Counted from the first letter of the stretch, positions 23,291 to 34,600 are shown. The stretch: DNA of 64,000 nucleotides from Malacoraja senta (GCA_038087875.1 CM075989.1:14880001-14944000); one strand, 5' to 3'. Notes: a model not told the origin generated them from the letters alone. Made by a program: numbers and translations.

Positions 23291-25481
23291 AAACAAAATA
23301 TTAATACTGAATTTATTGGTTTTTAAAAATCTTTAGTTGTGCTCCTCTGCTCCCTGAAATTTGTCAAGGCATGAGACTGAACACTTTTATTGCTCAATAT
23401 TGATTACATAATTTAAAGCTATTACAAGTCCCTTTTCCCCCCACATACTCCAGAGCTGTTGTGGCGTTTGATTTACTTGTTAGGAAAGTAATGCAAACCA
23501 TGTAACTGTGAGCCACAAAAATATGCAGTTTTCTTTGGAGAAGGGCTCAGGCAATCACGTGATAGCAATTCAACTGAATTCTTAAAGGGAACGCACAGGC
23601 AACTGGAGTATTTTACTTATGTTTGTGTAGAAAAATCTGATATTTCAAAAATATTAGAATTTATTTTCATCACGAAAAGATGTCATTTGCCCATTTAAAA
23701 ATAGCAAATAACGAATGATGTTTTATGATTAGTTGGATGAAGAGAATCCTCTTATAATCAATAATATGAAACAATTATTGCAATTTGGAGAAGAATGTAC
23801 TTTTACAAAATTACATCTTGTTGCACAAGAGAATTCTCTACATTTCATTCATCGACTCTACTGCAGGTTTTATGAAAAGTGACACAGTTCAGACCTGGAA
23901 TTCAGATACTACATAGATACAGTGCCCCGTCAACATTAAATCTTTGGATATAGTTGCTTATCATTTACCTTTGTATACCGCCTTTACCAACAACACAATG
24001 GGATGACACTAATCTGAAAGACAAGTGCTAAACTGACTATAAAACTGATCTACACTATAAAGAGCAGAGTGCAGCTAACCAGAAGTCGTACTCAGTAGTT
24101 AGTATTAAGGATCTTTCATTGAGCCGATATTAGAACAGCATTCACACATTAAAATCTTTGGGATTTGGATAAGACAAAGAATTGGCTTAAGTATTTTTGG
24201 ACAATAAATCATTGTATATCTATTTACTATAATTCAATTTGTTTCCAGTTAGAGATTGGGTTTTAATAGCATTTGGACGTTATCACATCAATATAGCTCA
24301 TTCCCTAAATTAGGTTTCCAATTATTCTAGTGTAATATGGTATTAGAAAATCAATTCCAATTCGAGACACATACAAGTCACTACTTCTGATTGATTAGAA
24401 ACTATTATAAAATTAAGAAATTCAACAGTTAAATGGCCCAAAAAATCCTAGTAAAAAGTTATGTACATTTTCTTTGGTAAGCATATTTTAAAGTAGTTTT
24501 GATATATCGGCATCGCAGAGGTGTGAACATTTACTGGCACACAATTCTAGTGATCTGTTCTAACTCTTAAAAGCTACACAGTAACTATTTTAAAAGCAAT
24601 AATTCAAACAAGATACCCTGTCAGTACACCACACACTTGTGTGCAGCAGTTCAAACGTAACAAATATTTGATCCCTGAGGTTAGATAAAGAATAACACTA
24701 AAATAGGTTTTATAAAGAGGTAGTATCAAACAGGAGGTGCAAGGCTAGAGCACATGAGAGTAGCAGCTTCTATTCCCTCAACATTTTTGGTAACATGAAG
24801 CTCCATTTTGTAATGCAAGCAATTCTAAAAACAAATACAAATGGTGCTCTTTGGATTGGAACTCTGAAGGAGTTATTTCATTTAATACCGTTAAGCTGAA
24901 GTTGTTTTATAATCAGAAGGTTTATAAAAATTGTGGTGGAGATAGTTATTGAATATCCAAGCACAGTTATATTATTTAAAGTAACTCTACATCCCTTTCA
25001 ACTCGATAAAAACATTATATTCCTATTATTTTGAACATGAATTCCTTGAATAGTTTAGTTAGACTTAAAACTCTGCAGGACCTTTTTATTCCAGGACTCA
25101 ATTTAATTAAATCAATTAAGTGTGACATTACATAATTTTTCATTTTGCAGTTTGTTAAATGAAGGCATTTGATGAGTTCTGGGGGGGACTAGAGGGGTTT
25201 TATGTCAAATAGTTTAAAAAAAAAAAAACATACTGTTAATTAACTTAAAAGATGACAATGAAGAATTTATTGACATGGAACTGCCTATAATTAAATGTAT
25301 TTAGTCTACCGTGATAGGTGTGGATTTTTAGTGGAGGTTTTTTGGTTATGGCTAGCCAATACCACACACTTCAAAGCTGCAGGGAAAAAATTATAGGAGT
25401 CCGCTTACTAATTCGAACATGTCACCAAGTGGCACGGGAAATTCACTTGGAATATTTAACTTTAGATAAAGTTTAATTCAT

Positions 25482-25701
25482 AGGTAAACACAAAATCCTG
25501 GAGAAACTCAGCAGGACAGGCAGCATCTCTGGAGAGAAGGCATGTGTGACATTTTGGGTCGAGAACCCGAGTCTGAAGAAGGGTCTCCACCCGAAACGTC
25601 ACCCATTCCTTCTCTCCAGAGATGCTGCCTGTCCTGCTGAGTTACTCCAGCATTTTGTGTCTACCTTTGATTTAAAACCAGCATCTGCAGTTCCTTCCTA
25701 C
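25482..25701. mobile_element. Inverted pair of Penelope-like terminal repeats inside the PRTG 3'UTR
   Basis: ~85-nt inverted arms (25482-25568 / 25581-25666); imperfect 14-bp TSD at 25468-25481 and 25702-25715; hammerhead core at 25573-25600 on plus. Confidence 0.8.
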
Positions 25702-26973
25702 AAAGTTAACTTCATCTTTAGTTTGAACATTCTCATCAAGTTGAACTTTCCTCGGAGTCCTGCACTTACAGATAATAAACTCACTATACACTCCACAAGG
25801 TTTCCCTTTGAAAAAAGTGAACGCAGCAAACCAGAATGCTCAAGCACCATCCCACTGGATACAATTCTTGTTTGAAATGGACCAGTCACATAGTGTCCGA
25901 AGCATCTGTTAGAATGCATGAAATCAGAACTGAACCGGCGCAGCACAAGGCTGTGATAGGGGTCAACGCAGGAGGCATGTTTTCCCTAATTTCTGCATCT
26001 GCATTGTATTTTCCAGTTTCTAGAACAGGAAGCATCTAGGTAATCATTTCAGTTAACCCTGGCCTGCTTCAATTAGTCTGCTGTGCCTCCCAACAGATAG
26101 TCAATGAAACTGGATGTACTCATAGCTTTTCAGCTTCAGATTCAATGGGAATACATTCACTCTGCCTATAGCGCAGAGTTCAGATATCTTTCAAAATTAA
26201 CATTATGGACAAGCTCAATAAGAACATCAATGAAGCACAAAACTTCAACAGGCACCTCATTCAATCCAAAGCACTGCTTCTTTTCTCTAATCAAACCAGC
26301 TCTACAATTTTCCCTCAACAGCTTCATGTAAATGCACATTATAAATGTAGAAGCTGTGTAAAGTCATTTAAAATTTCATGGATTGAAATTATGAATTCAA
26401 AACCTTCCAATAACTTGACTGGATATCTTATTTTATATTAACAATATAATCAAGACAACTTCAGCTCAAAGGCACTGTGTATATGGCCCCTTTTCAGAAT
26501 CTCACTTGCTCATGTAAACAGATCTTTAGTCAAACACTCTCATGGCAACATCCTTGCAACCCCTACATCACAGCAGAACAACACCAACAAACATTTTTTA
26601 AATCAAAACAACACATCTCTGTAAGGAAGTATCAACTATTAGGTAATGGAGTCAAATCCTGTTAAATACTGGAGTTTATCATTAGGTAAAATTGAGGTAG
26701 ATTTTTTCAGCAGAAAACCTGAAACAGTATTTCTGCTCCAATGATATACCGTTCAAATTAAAATCAAAAGAAATGTAATGGTCCTTTTCACATTTTTTTG
26801 ACATAGACATTCATGGTGGGTAAAATAAAAAATATGGAACATTCATAAACCAAGTGTGTAAGAACCTGGAGTGACTAAAAAAATGACCCAGACTTTCTTT
26901 CCAGAGTGTTCTTTGGCTTACTGCACATTTGTCCATTGTACAGATAAATTATTGTGAAACTGGATCTGGTTGC

Positions 26974-27405
26974 TTAAATTGGAAATTGGTTGTTGGTGTT
27001 TTCACTTGTTGGTTTTGAAGACATGTGGCTTGGTCGAGGCAGCGCCAGTAGGTCAGAGGTAGTGGACTGAGAAACAACCAACAGACGTTGATCTTCCTCG
27101 GAGGTAGGCTGGACAGGAATGCTGGCAGTTTCCCCCTGGACAGACGATCCCAAGAAGGCAGGTGGATCACACGTGACAGAAGAAAGGTGCAGCATTTCCA
27201 TCTCCTCCCTGGAATCATGCGAATACCTGCCCGAATCTCCAGTTTCGTGGCTTCCATCACTGTTGTGAGAATATTCAGTATCTCCCATGGCGGTAAACAC
27301 AGCTGGCAATGATGTGGGGGGAATCAGTACCGAGTCTCCTGATTCCTCACGGCTCAGCCCAGTCAGCTGGTAGGGGCTCACGCCAAACTCGTTTCTTCTC
27401 ACTGG
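26974..27405 (-). CDS. PRTG: Protogenin terminal coding exon (PVRRNEFG...DTEYSHNSDGSHETGDSGRYSHDS...NNQFPI*)
   Basis: Contains the conserved SHETGDSGR(F/Y)SH motif. AG at 27406-27407, phase 0, TAA stop at 26974-26976. Confidence 0.94.
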   Translation of the reverse strand, partial: PVRRNEFGVSPYQLTGLSREESGDSVLIPPTSLPAVFTAMGDTEYSHNSDGSHETGDSGRYSHDSREEMEMLHLSSVTCDPPAFLGSSVQGETASIPVQPTSEEDQRLLVVSQSTTSDLLALPRPSHMSSKPTSENTNNQFPI

Positions 27406-28070
27406 CTGTTAACAAAAGAATGGTGATTTAGAAACAGTTTCAAATCCCAGACAATGCCCTTGGTTGGAATGAACATTTAACCTTTTTTCCCCACCCATAG
27501 AGAACTCAAAATATTCAAACTATTGTACAATAAACCAAAATACCTCCATTGGAAAACTAGGACCACACTGTTAGGCTTTATCCATAATTATTTAAAAAAA
27601 AAGACATCAGGCAGGCAGCCAATTGAATACATTTTGGCAAGTATGGGTCTAAATGAGGGAAAATAAGTGATTATGAATGGGGAGTAATTAAAGGTATTGA
27701 TGCCATCAATTGATGAGCAAGTGTGACTGACTGTGTAAAACTGCAATTGCAGGATTCATTCATCATGTTGAGTTAATCAGGTCAAGCACTTAAAGTAACC
27801 AAAAATAAAACTGATTGTAATTGACAAGTCAAATCAAGCCCAACAAATTCCAATTCTATTTCTGGCAGGAATTGCTCTCATTATATACTGTAGCAAGCAT
27901 CAGCTGATGCAAGAAATTGTCAAACAAGCCCATCGCAGTCTATGCAGCCCAACGACTAAAGTCTGAGACTACTTCCATCCTATTAAATCTCACCCCATCA
28001 ACAAATCTTACATTATCCTTCAATGCAAATGTATGATCACAACTACTTTAGCACTTGTTCCCAATCGTAC

Positions 28071-28181
28071 CTGCTCCTCCTTGAATGTATTTGTTGATCT
28101 CTTTTTTCTTCCAAACAAAAAGCATTTTTTGGACTTGTCTTTTCTGTGACCAGAGTTGCTAACGATCAGATCAGATCCACC
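28071..28181 (-). CDS. PRTG: Protogenin cytoplasmic exon (GGSDLIVSNSGHRKDKSKKCFLFGRKKRSTNTFKEEQ)
   Basis: Hand-translated; resembles GGTDLIINSYG...SKKKWFFF...VEQ. AG at 28182-28183, GTACGA donor. 111 nt, phase 0/0. Confidence 0.9.
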
Positions 28182-28459
28182 CTGTTGTAAAGAGTACATT
28201 CACCAAGGTTACTTTATGCTCACTTGCAGCCTGCTGCGCAGAATGTGCTCAAGTTGCACTTTGTGCTGTTGGCTTAGGTCACGACCAGAAATGTCTGTCC
28301 ATTCCCTCAGCAGATGCTGCCCGACCTGCTGGATTCCTCCAGTACTTTGTGTTTTCCTCCTTTCAGCTTGCTCTTAAACCAATTACTTCATTTGTTTTCC
28401 ACTGTTTAGAGGCCTGAAACTATTTTAGGCTTTAACAAGATTCCTCATCAAGAGTCAGG

Positions 28460-28915
28460 ATGTCATACAGCATGGAAACGGGTCCTTTGCCCCAATTTGT
28501 CCACCCCGACCAATGTGCCCCATCAATACTAGACCCACCTGCCTGCATTTGTCCCATATCCCTCTACCTTCTGAACCTTCTGAATGTTGTAGTCGGCAGG
28601 GCAGTACTCTGCATATCGCCAACTTGGACAATTTTACATTTTTATCAAGTCAATTAATCAAGCCAATTAACCTACAAACCTGTACGTCTTTGGAGTGTGG
28701 GAGGAAACCGAAGATCTCGGAGAAAACCCACGCAGATCACGGAGAGAACCTACAAACTCCATACAGACAGCACCCGTAGTCGGGATCGAACCCGGGCCTC
28801 TGGCGCTGCATTTTGCTGTAAGGCAGCAACTCTACCGCTGTGCCACCGTGACCACCCTCTACATTTATCCTATCCCATGTTAAATGTTTCTTAAATGTTG
28901 TGGTAGTACCTACCT
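28460..28915 (-). mobile_element. HE1-type V-SINE (~28625-28857) nested in a CR1 3' tail fragment
   Basis: Little-diverged SINE head and central domain in reverse complement, flanked by CR1 tail sequence. Confidence 0.8.
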
Positions 28916-29339
28916 CATTAGGATTAATGCCTACTTTTACATCACTAATCCCCTTCTTAAATATAACAAGTTTAACAAACGTACTCCTAAAATGCTTTTT
29001 GTGCTTTCTTCTGCTCAAAATAAGTTTCTATTTTTAAGTTAGAATTTCAGATTGGTATGTAAAATACTCGTCTTCAATTTTCTCTGTTCCTGGTTTCACT
29101 CTTCCTTTTACTTCTCAGCCCCCCGAACTATTTACACACATGTCCCCAAGTCATCTGAACTGATCTAATAACTGTAAGTGGCACTCTTCATGTCCACCCC
29201 TGGGATATAAAGGGTGAGCAGACCTTCATTAGGCAACACCAAATGAGATCGCTGCAAAGTACTTTGGAATGTCCTCAGATTGTGCAGACAAGATATAAAT
29301 GCAAATAATTTTCCATTATTAAGGCCAAAGATGCCTGAA

Positions 29340-29900
29340 GATGGGAGCACAGATGGATAACATAATAAAGGAGGCATGTGGGATGCTTGCCTTCATTAGC
29401 CAGGATATAAGGCGCAAAGAGGTCTTGATTAGGACGCAGCTGAAATGCTGGGAGCTGTTCTGTTCATCAACAATGAGGATATGGATATGGATTGCACTGG
29501 AGTGGGTCGAGGAGATGCAACAGGATATCATCTTGGGTGGAACATTTCAGTTAGGAAGAGAGATTTGAGAGGATTAGATTGGACTGGATAAAACTTAGGG
29601 GCTACTTGGTAGAGTTACACAGAAATATGAGAGGCATGGATAGAAACTTTACCTGATGATAGAGATGTCTAAGACCATAGGAAATAGGTTGAGGGGATTT
29701 AGAGGAAACCAGAAGAATGGTTTGTGACTCAGAGGGTGTCTGCAATCTGGAATGCACATCTGGATGTGGTGGTGAAGGCAGAGACTCTCACAGAAACATC
29801 TGGATGAGCACTTAAATCTCCAAGGAATAGTAGGGTATGATTCAAGTGTTGGTTAATGCAATTAGTCTGGGTAGGTACTTGATGGCTGAAGGGCCAGCTT
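29340..29900 (+). mobile_element. Old CR1 3' fragment
   Basis: Degenerate KEACGMLAFISQDI and CR1 3' motifs. Confidence 0.65.
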
Positions 29901-30013
29901 CTTTGCTAAGACAGTGCAAACTATTTACTATCATAAAGAAGTAGTGCCTTGTTTTGGAAGGAGAAGAGGCAAGCAACATAATAACAATATGAATAAAACC
30001 AAAATAAAATGAC

Positions 30014-30179
30014 CTTGGTGTCCAAGAAGGCATTTTCAGGCATCATTGGCATTAAGGTTTCCATATTTTCCCACTGTTCATCCTTACTCTTGTCAAGATG
30101 GTTCCCATTGACCAGTGGCCCCGTCACATGTGCTAACTGAACGTTTCCTTGTTGCTCAGCTTTGACAGCACTGGATTTC
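30014..30179 (-). CDS. PRTG: Protogenin cytoplasmic exon (KSSAVKAEQQGNVQL...ETLMPMMPENAFLDTK)
   Basis: Ends resemble mammalian KSSASK...ESLMPMIMPNSFIDAK. AG at 30180-30181, donor GTCATT. 166 nt, phase 2/0. Confidence 0.9.
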
Positions 30180-30525
30180 CTGGACAAACAGAAACATTCA
30201 CCATTTAAAGGAAACTTCAACAAAAATACTGACATCAGATTGTGCAGGTGCTGAATGTAGTCTCAGTTTATTCACTGGTGTAAGTGGAAATGGCAGAAAG
30301 CTAGTAAATGCTACCTTTTTCAAAAGATGACATTTTAGTCAAAAATGTTTAAATACAAATAATGAGTCTAGGTTGGGCTGGTGGGTGAAGATTTGCAGCA
30401 CCCAGATTGCTGAACATCTCCCACTCACAACAATTATATTCAAAACATTTAGATTACATTTCAATATAAATCTTTACCCATTATCTTTAACTGTCCGCAT
30501 GTTGTGCCCAACACTTAAACAATAC

Positions 30526-30649
30526 CTTGCTTTGCTTCTATAAAGGAGGATCAGGATGCAGATGATAATACAAGTCAGGGCAATGCAAACTCCAACGATA
30601 ATCCCAGTCATTGACTTTTGGTCCAGGTGGTAAAACACATCAGAGTTTC
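30526..30649 (-). CDS. PRTG: Protogenin transmembrane exon ([42 protein letters not shown])
   Basis: Hand-translated. [11 protein letters not shown] motif, hydrophobic TM span and basic stop-transfer. AG at 30650-30651, GTATTG donor. 124 nt, phase 1/2. Confidence 0.96.
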
Positions 30650-31698
30650 CTGTGGAACAAGCAAAGTGGTATGTTCATTAGAACCATAGAAACTGGTTAG
30701 TATGGCTTTGTGCAGAGGAGGTCAGTCACAACTTAGGCTTTTTTGAGCAGGTGTGAATGATGAGGATAGGGAAGCAGATGTTGACTATGTTCTAAATACA
30801 TTATATCCTTTTAGCTTTTGTTATTACTTTATCAGAAATCTCCACCATTAAATTCATTTTACTAGGGAATAAAAGTACTTAGAGTACAGGTTATTCTGCT
30901 ATAACACAACAGTTGAATTTCTAAGAAACCTCACGTTATATGCAATTGTGTTATAAAAACAATTATGTTAATGGGGAAAAAAAGGAGCAAGAGTGTTTCA
31001 CACTCTGATTAACAAACTATTTTTCCTGCAGGATTTTCAAATAAAGGTCTTTTTAACAAGTTTATTTTTGTTAGTGGAAGCTAAAAATACTGAAGGCTGC
31101 ATATTACTTGTTTAATAGACTGTCATTGCACAAGTGTCAGCAGAAGCAATTGCTTTCAATTTCAGGCACAACCAGTGATGTAACTGACAGACAGCGTTCT
31201 AAAGAGACAATGGTGTCTGATTACTGCAGGAAGGTAAAATGCAGGGGATTTTTAACCCCAGCCTGTTTCCTTCCCTCAAGTTTTTTTTTTCTGCTTGTCA
31301 AATTCCAAAGTAACTCTTAAGAGGTTCCCCAGATCCTGCTCAAAATTGCATTATAACCAACTCAGCATGCGTACCTCAAATAATGTTCCTTGATTAATCG
31401 TGTTATATCCAATTAGCTTTATGGAAACATGCATTGCTGTAGAATGTGGATTAAACAAGCATCTACTTCATACATTCCCAATTCACTGTTTCATCTCACC
31501 TCATTATAGACATGAACAACATATTAGAATTAGAATAGATTAAAAAGTACCTTGAGCAACAGTGTAAATTGCCCAGTTTATCTTTCTTTGTAGCTCAGAT
31601 CAGCATTTCACTAACAAGGGTGTTCATTTAATTTACTGCAAAATACATCTGTCAGTAAAAGATGCACAAAATTATATTGGTTTGGACTATGTATTTAC

Positions 31699-31884
31699 CT
31701 TTGGCATCTGCACTGCTGAGAGTGTCCTTTGGCCCTTGACTGAAGTATCCAGTCTCTGTAGCAGGGATCACCAGTTCTACAATGTTGGAAAAGGGTCCCT
31801 CTCCTACTTCATTTGTTGCAGATATTTGAATGAGGTATACATTTCCCGGATCAAGATTTTCCAACAAAGTCATAGTAATTGATC
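31699..31884 (-). CDS. PRTG: Protogenin coding exon ([34 protein letters not shown]...SSADAK)
   Basis: FN3 C-terminal half plus stalk. AG at 31885-31886, GTAAAT donor. 186 nt, phase 1/1. Confidence 0.96.
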
Positions 31885-32591
31885 CTAAAAACAACCATAA
31901 CATTAGTGGATTGAAGGCTAAAAACAAAAAGTGAAACAAAGGCATGATCTCTTGAAGCAAGCACAATGCATTATTTCAATATAACAATTTTGAAAATTGC
32001 AATGAATACATTTGGCAGGTCAACTTGCACCTGGCACACAAAGTGGAGTAACAAATTGGATTAAAGTTTGTTCCATGTATGAACACATGTGGAAGAGCCT
32101 GCTGAATTATGCAATGCCAGATACATTTCAATACGTTTGCTGTACAGGGATAATGGACTGGTCCTGGCTATGAGACCAGGCCTAACCCAACAGAACATGG
32201 CCACAAGTTCTGTGCTACCTGTGCCTATGGCAGTGAGAGCCAGGTGCTGATAAGCAACAAGCATCATTTGCAAAAGGCAATGGACACCTTCAACACAAGA
32301 GATTCTTCACTACATGACATTCATTGCTGTAGCTGCCATTGAGTTGACCACTGACCAGGCCTTGTTCATTCATAATCATCAGGCCGCATGAGTTTTCAGC
32401 CAGGATGTTGGATCACAAACATGTCGTGGGAAGCTGGGTACATTATGGACCACTTTGGCTTTAATTTACTGCACAATTCTCAGACTCTCATTTTCACTAA
32501 TTTCATGAAAGTTTAGTTAAAGTAGTTTGCAGCTTCCAGATTTAAAACTGAACAAATGCTCAAGAGTTCACACTTGCTGAGTGAAGCTCAC

Positions 32592-32762
32592 CTTCCCGAT
32601 GGAGCACTTGCCACTCGCCACCAATCCAAGCCTTCCTAGAAGCATACAGGATGGTGTAATGAGTGACAGCAGTATTGGTATTTTCTGGGGGCTTCCAAGA
32701 AATGAGAGCAGTTCCTTCTTCTATCAAAGTGGCTTTGACTCCTGAAGGGGGATTTGTTGGAG
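32592..32762 (-). CDS. PRTG: Protogenin coding exon ([26 protein letters not shown]...[18 protein letters not shown])
   Basis: Matches the first half of the last PRTG FN3 domain. AG at 32763-32764, GTGAG donor. 171 nt, phase 1/1. Confidence 0.96.
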
Positions 32763-33097
32763 CTGCAAGAGAAATTAATAACAGAGTGTCAGATTCATAG
32801 AATTCAGAAACAAGATATTTGGCCCAACTCATCCATGCTGACCAAGATGCTCCATCCAAGCTAATCCCATTTGCTTGCGCCTGGTCCATGTCCCTCTAAA
32901 CCTTTCCTATCCACGTTCCTGTCCAAATATATTTTAAAAGTTGTAATTGTACTCGCCTCAAGTTACTTCCACTGGCAGCATGTTCCATAACCCCAGAAAC
33001 CCTGTGTGCAAAAAATGTACTCCTCTGGTTCCTATTAAATCTCTCCCCCCCCCCCCCCCCCCACACTACCTTAAACCCATGCCCTCTAGTTCTTGAT

Positions 33098-33521
33098 AGG
33101 CACAAAAAGCTGGAGTAACTCAGCGGGACAGGCTGCATCTCTGGAGAGAAGGGATGGGTGACGTTTCGTGTCGAGACCCTTCTTCAGACTGGTTAGGGAT
33201 GAAGGAAATGAGAGATATAGATGGTGATGTGGGGAGATAAAGAACAATGAATGAAAGATATGCAAAAAAGAAACGATGATAAAGGAAACAGGCCATTGTT
33301 AGCTGTTTGTGGGGTGAAAATGAGAAGCTAGTGCGACTTGGGTGGGGGAGGGATAGAGAAGGAATGACGGGGCTACCTGAAGTGAGAGAAATCAATATTC
33401 ATACCACTGGGCTGCAAGTTCTTCCAATTTGCATTTAGCCTCACTCTGACAATGGGGGAGACCGAGGACAGAAAGGTCAGTGTAGGAATGGGAAGGAGAA
33501 TTAAAGTGTCCAGCCACCGAA
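33098..33521 (-). mobile_element. Penelope-like element 3' fragment inserted in a CR1 remnant (~32795-33560), 16-bp TSD
   Basis: ccctctagttcttgat at 33082-33097 and 33522-33537; GIY-YIG C-terminal remnants; hammerhead core at 33160-33187. Confidence 0.85.
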
Positions 33522-33693
33522 CCCTCTAGTTCTTGATTCCTCGATCATGGTAAAAAAAGACTAATTGTTGGCATGGATGTGGGGCTAATGCATTGATTCT
33601 TGAAGTTGCCCTCAAGTCATAGCCTGTTACCCTGAGAAGTATATTTTTCCTTCTATGGCTGTCAATCTGTTAGCCAACATTTGATCTATGTCA

Positions 33694-33787
33694 GAAGGCA
33701 CACAAAAATGCTGGAGAAACTCAGCGGATGCAGCAGCATCTATGGAGCGAAGGAAATAGGCAACGTTTCGGGCCGAAACACTTCTTC
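33694..33787 (-). mobile_element. Mini Penelope-like terminal-repeat insertion, 14-bp TSD
   Basis: tttgatctatgtca at 33680-33693 and 33788-33801. Confidence 0.8.
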
Positions 33788-34185
33788 TTTGATCTATGTC
33801 AATATATTATCCTCAATCTCATGTATTCATAAACACTTGCTATCGGTACAAAATTTGGGAATATTTTGTGGAGTAAGGCCAATGGCATCTGGAATTTCAC
33901 TGTCTAAACTTTTTTTTGTGCAGGATACTTCTATCCTAGTTTACTTTGGAATCGTCCATTCCTTTCAGATAGAACACAACTCAATTATGAATGGCCTATT
34001 GTTTTCAAAAAGTGTTTCAAATGTGAACATAAAATACCACGATAAACTCATGCCATATATTGAAATCTCTTCAATGACGGAATATGCCGTAACCATATTT
34101 GACACCGTGAAAATGAGAGGTTTCTAAGTAGATGTGATGGGGTTATTTGGGTTCTGAGCTGTGAATAGAGCGATTTTGTCCTTAC

Positions 34186-34313
34186 CTTCAGGCAAGGTCA
34201 GCTGATAAACCACTGGGCTCCAGGGGCTGGAGAGCTGGTCTGCATGAAGCCGCACTGCAAACTCGTATTTAGTGAAGGGTTGCAGACCATTCACGAGCAT
34301 GTGCGTCTCAGAA
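34186..34313 (-). CDS. PRTG: Protogenin coding exon ([42 protein letters not shown])
   Basis: Hand-translated (not in the ORF track); second half of an FN3 domain. AG at 34314-34315, GTAAG donor at 34181-34185. 128 nt, phase 2/1. Confidence 0.95.
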
Positions 34314-34503
34314 CTGGATAAATAAAAAATAAAAAAAGGATTATCAGAAGAGAAATTTATTCAGGGCTGATTTAATAGCTGAGCATTGTGCACTGTACAT
34401 TGAAAACAGGACTGAATAAAATGCATTGGTTTGTGGCGTTCTATTTGCATGTTAAGTACAACATTATAATAAAATAAATATGAAACAGTTTACTATAGTT
34501 GTA

Positions 34504-34600
34504 GGTAGACAAAAGTGCTGAAGAGACTCAGCGGGTGCGGCAGCATCTATGGAGCGAAGGAAACAGGTGATGTTTCGGGCCGAAACCCTTCTTCAGACTA
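34504..34600 (-). mobile_element. Mini Penelope-like terminal-repeat insertion
   Basis: Same subfamily as 33694-33787; tttactatagttgta at 34489-34503 and 34626-34640. Confidence 0.75.

Larger units (their letters stand above)
21350..26973 (-). other. PRTG: Inferred long (~5.6 kb) PRTG 3'UTR
   Basis: AT-rich, nearly repeat-free stretch after the stop codon. Strand-appropriate miRNA seed matches continue to ~21570, and AATAAA (minus) sits at 21372-21377. The end position is inferred. Confidence 0.65.

Noticed and set aside
29170-29305. Ancient Deu-SINE-like remnants (also ~7555-7800, ~54895-55060, ~63780-63990)
   Set aside because: Resemblance is suggestive only; too diverged to call without an HMM search.
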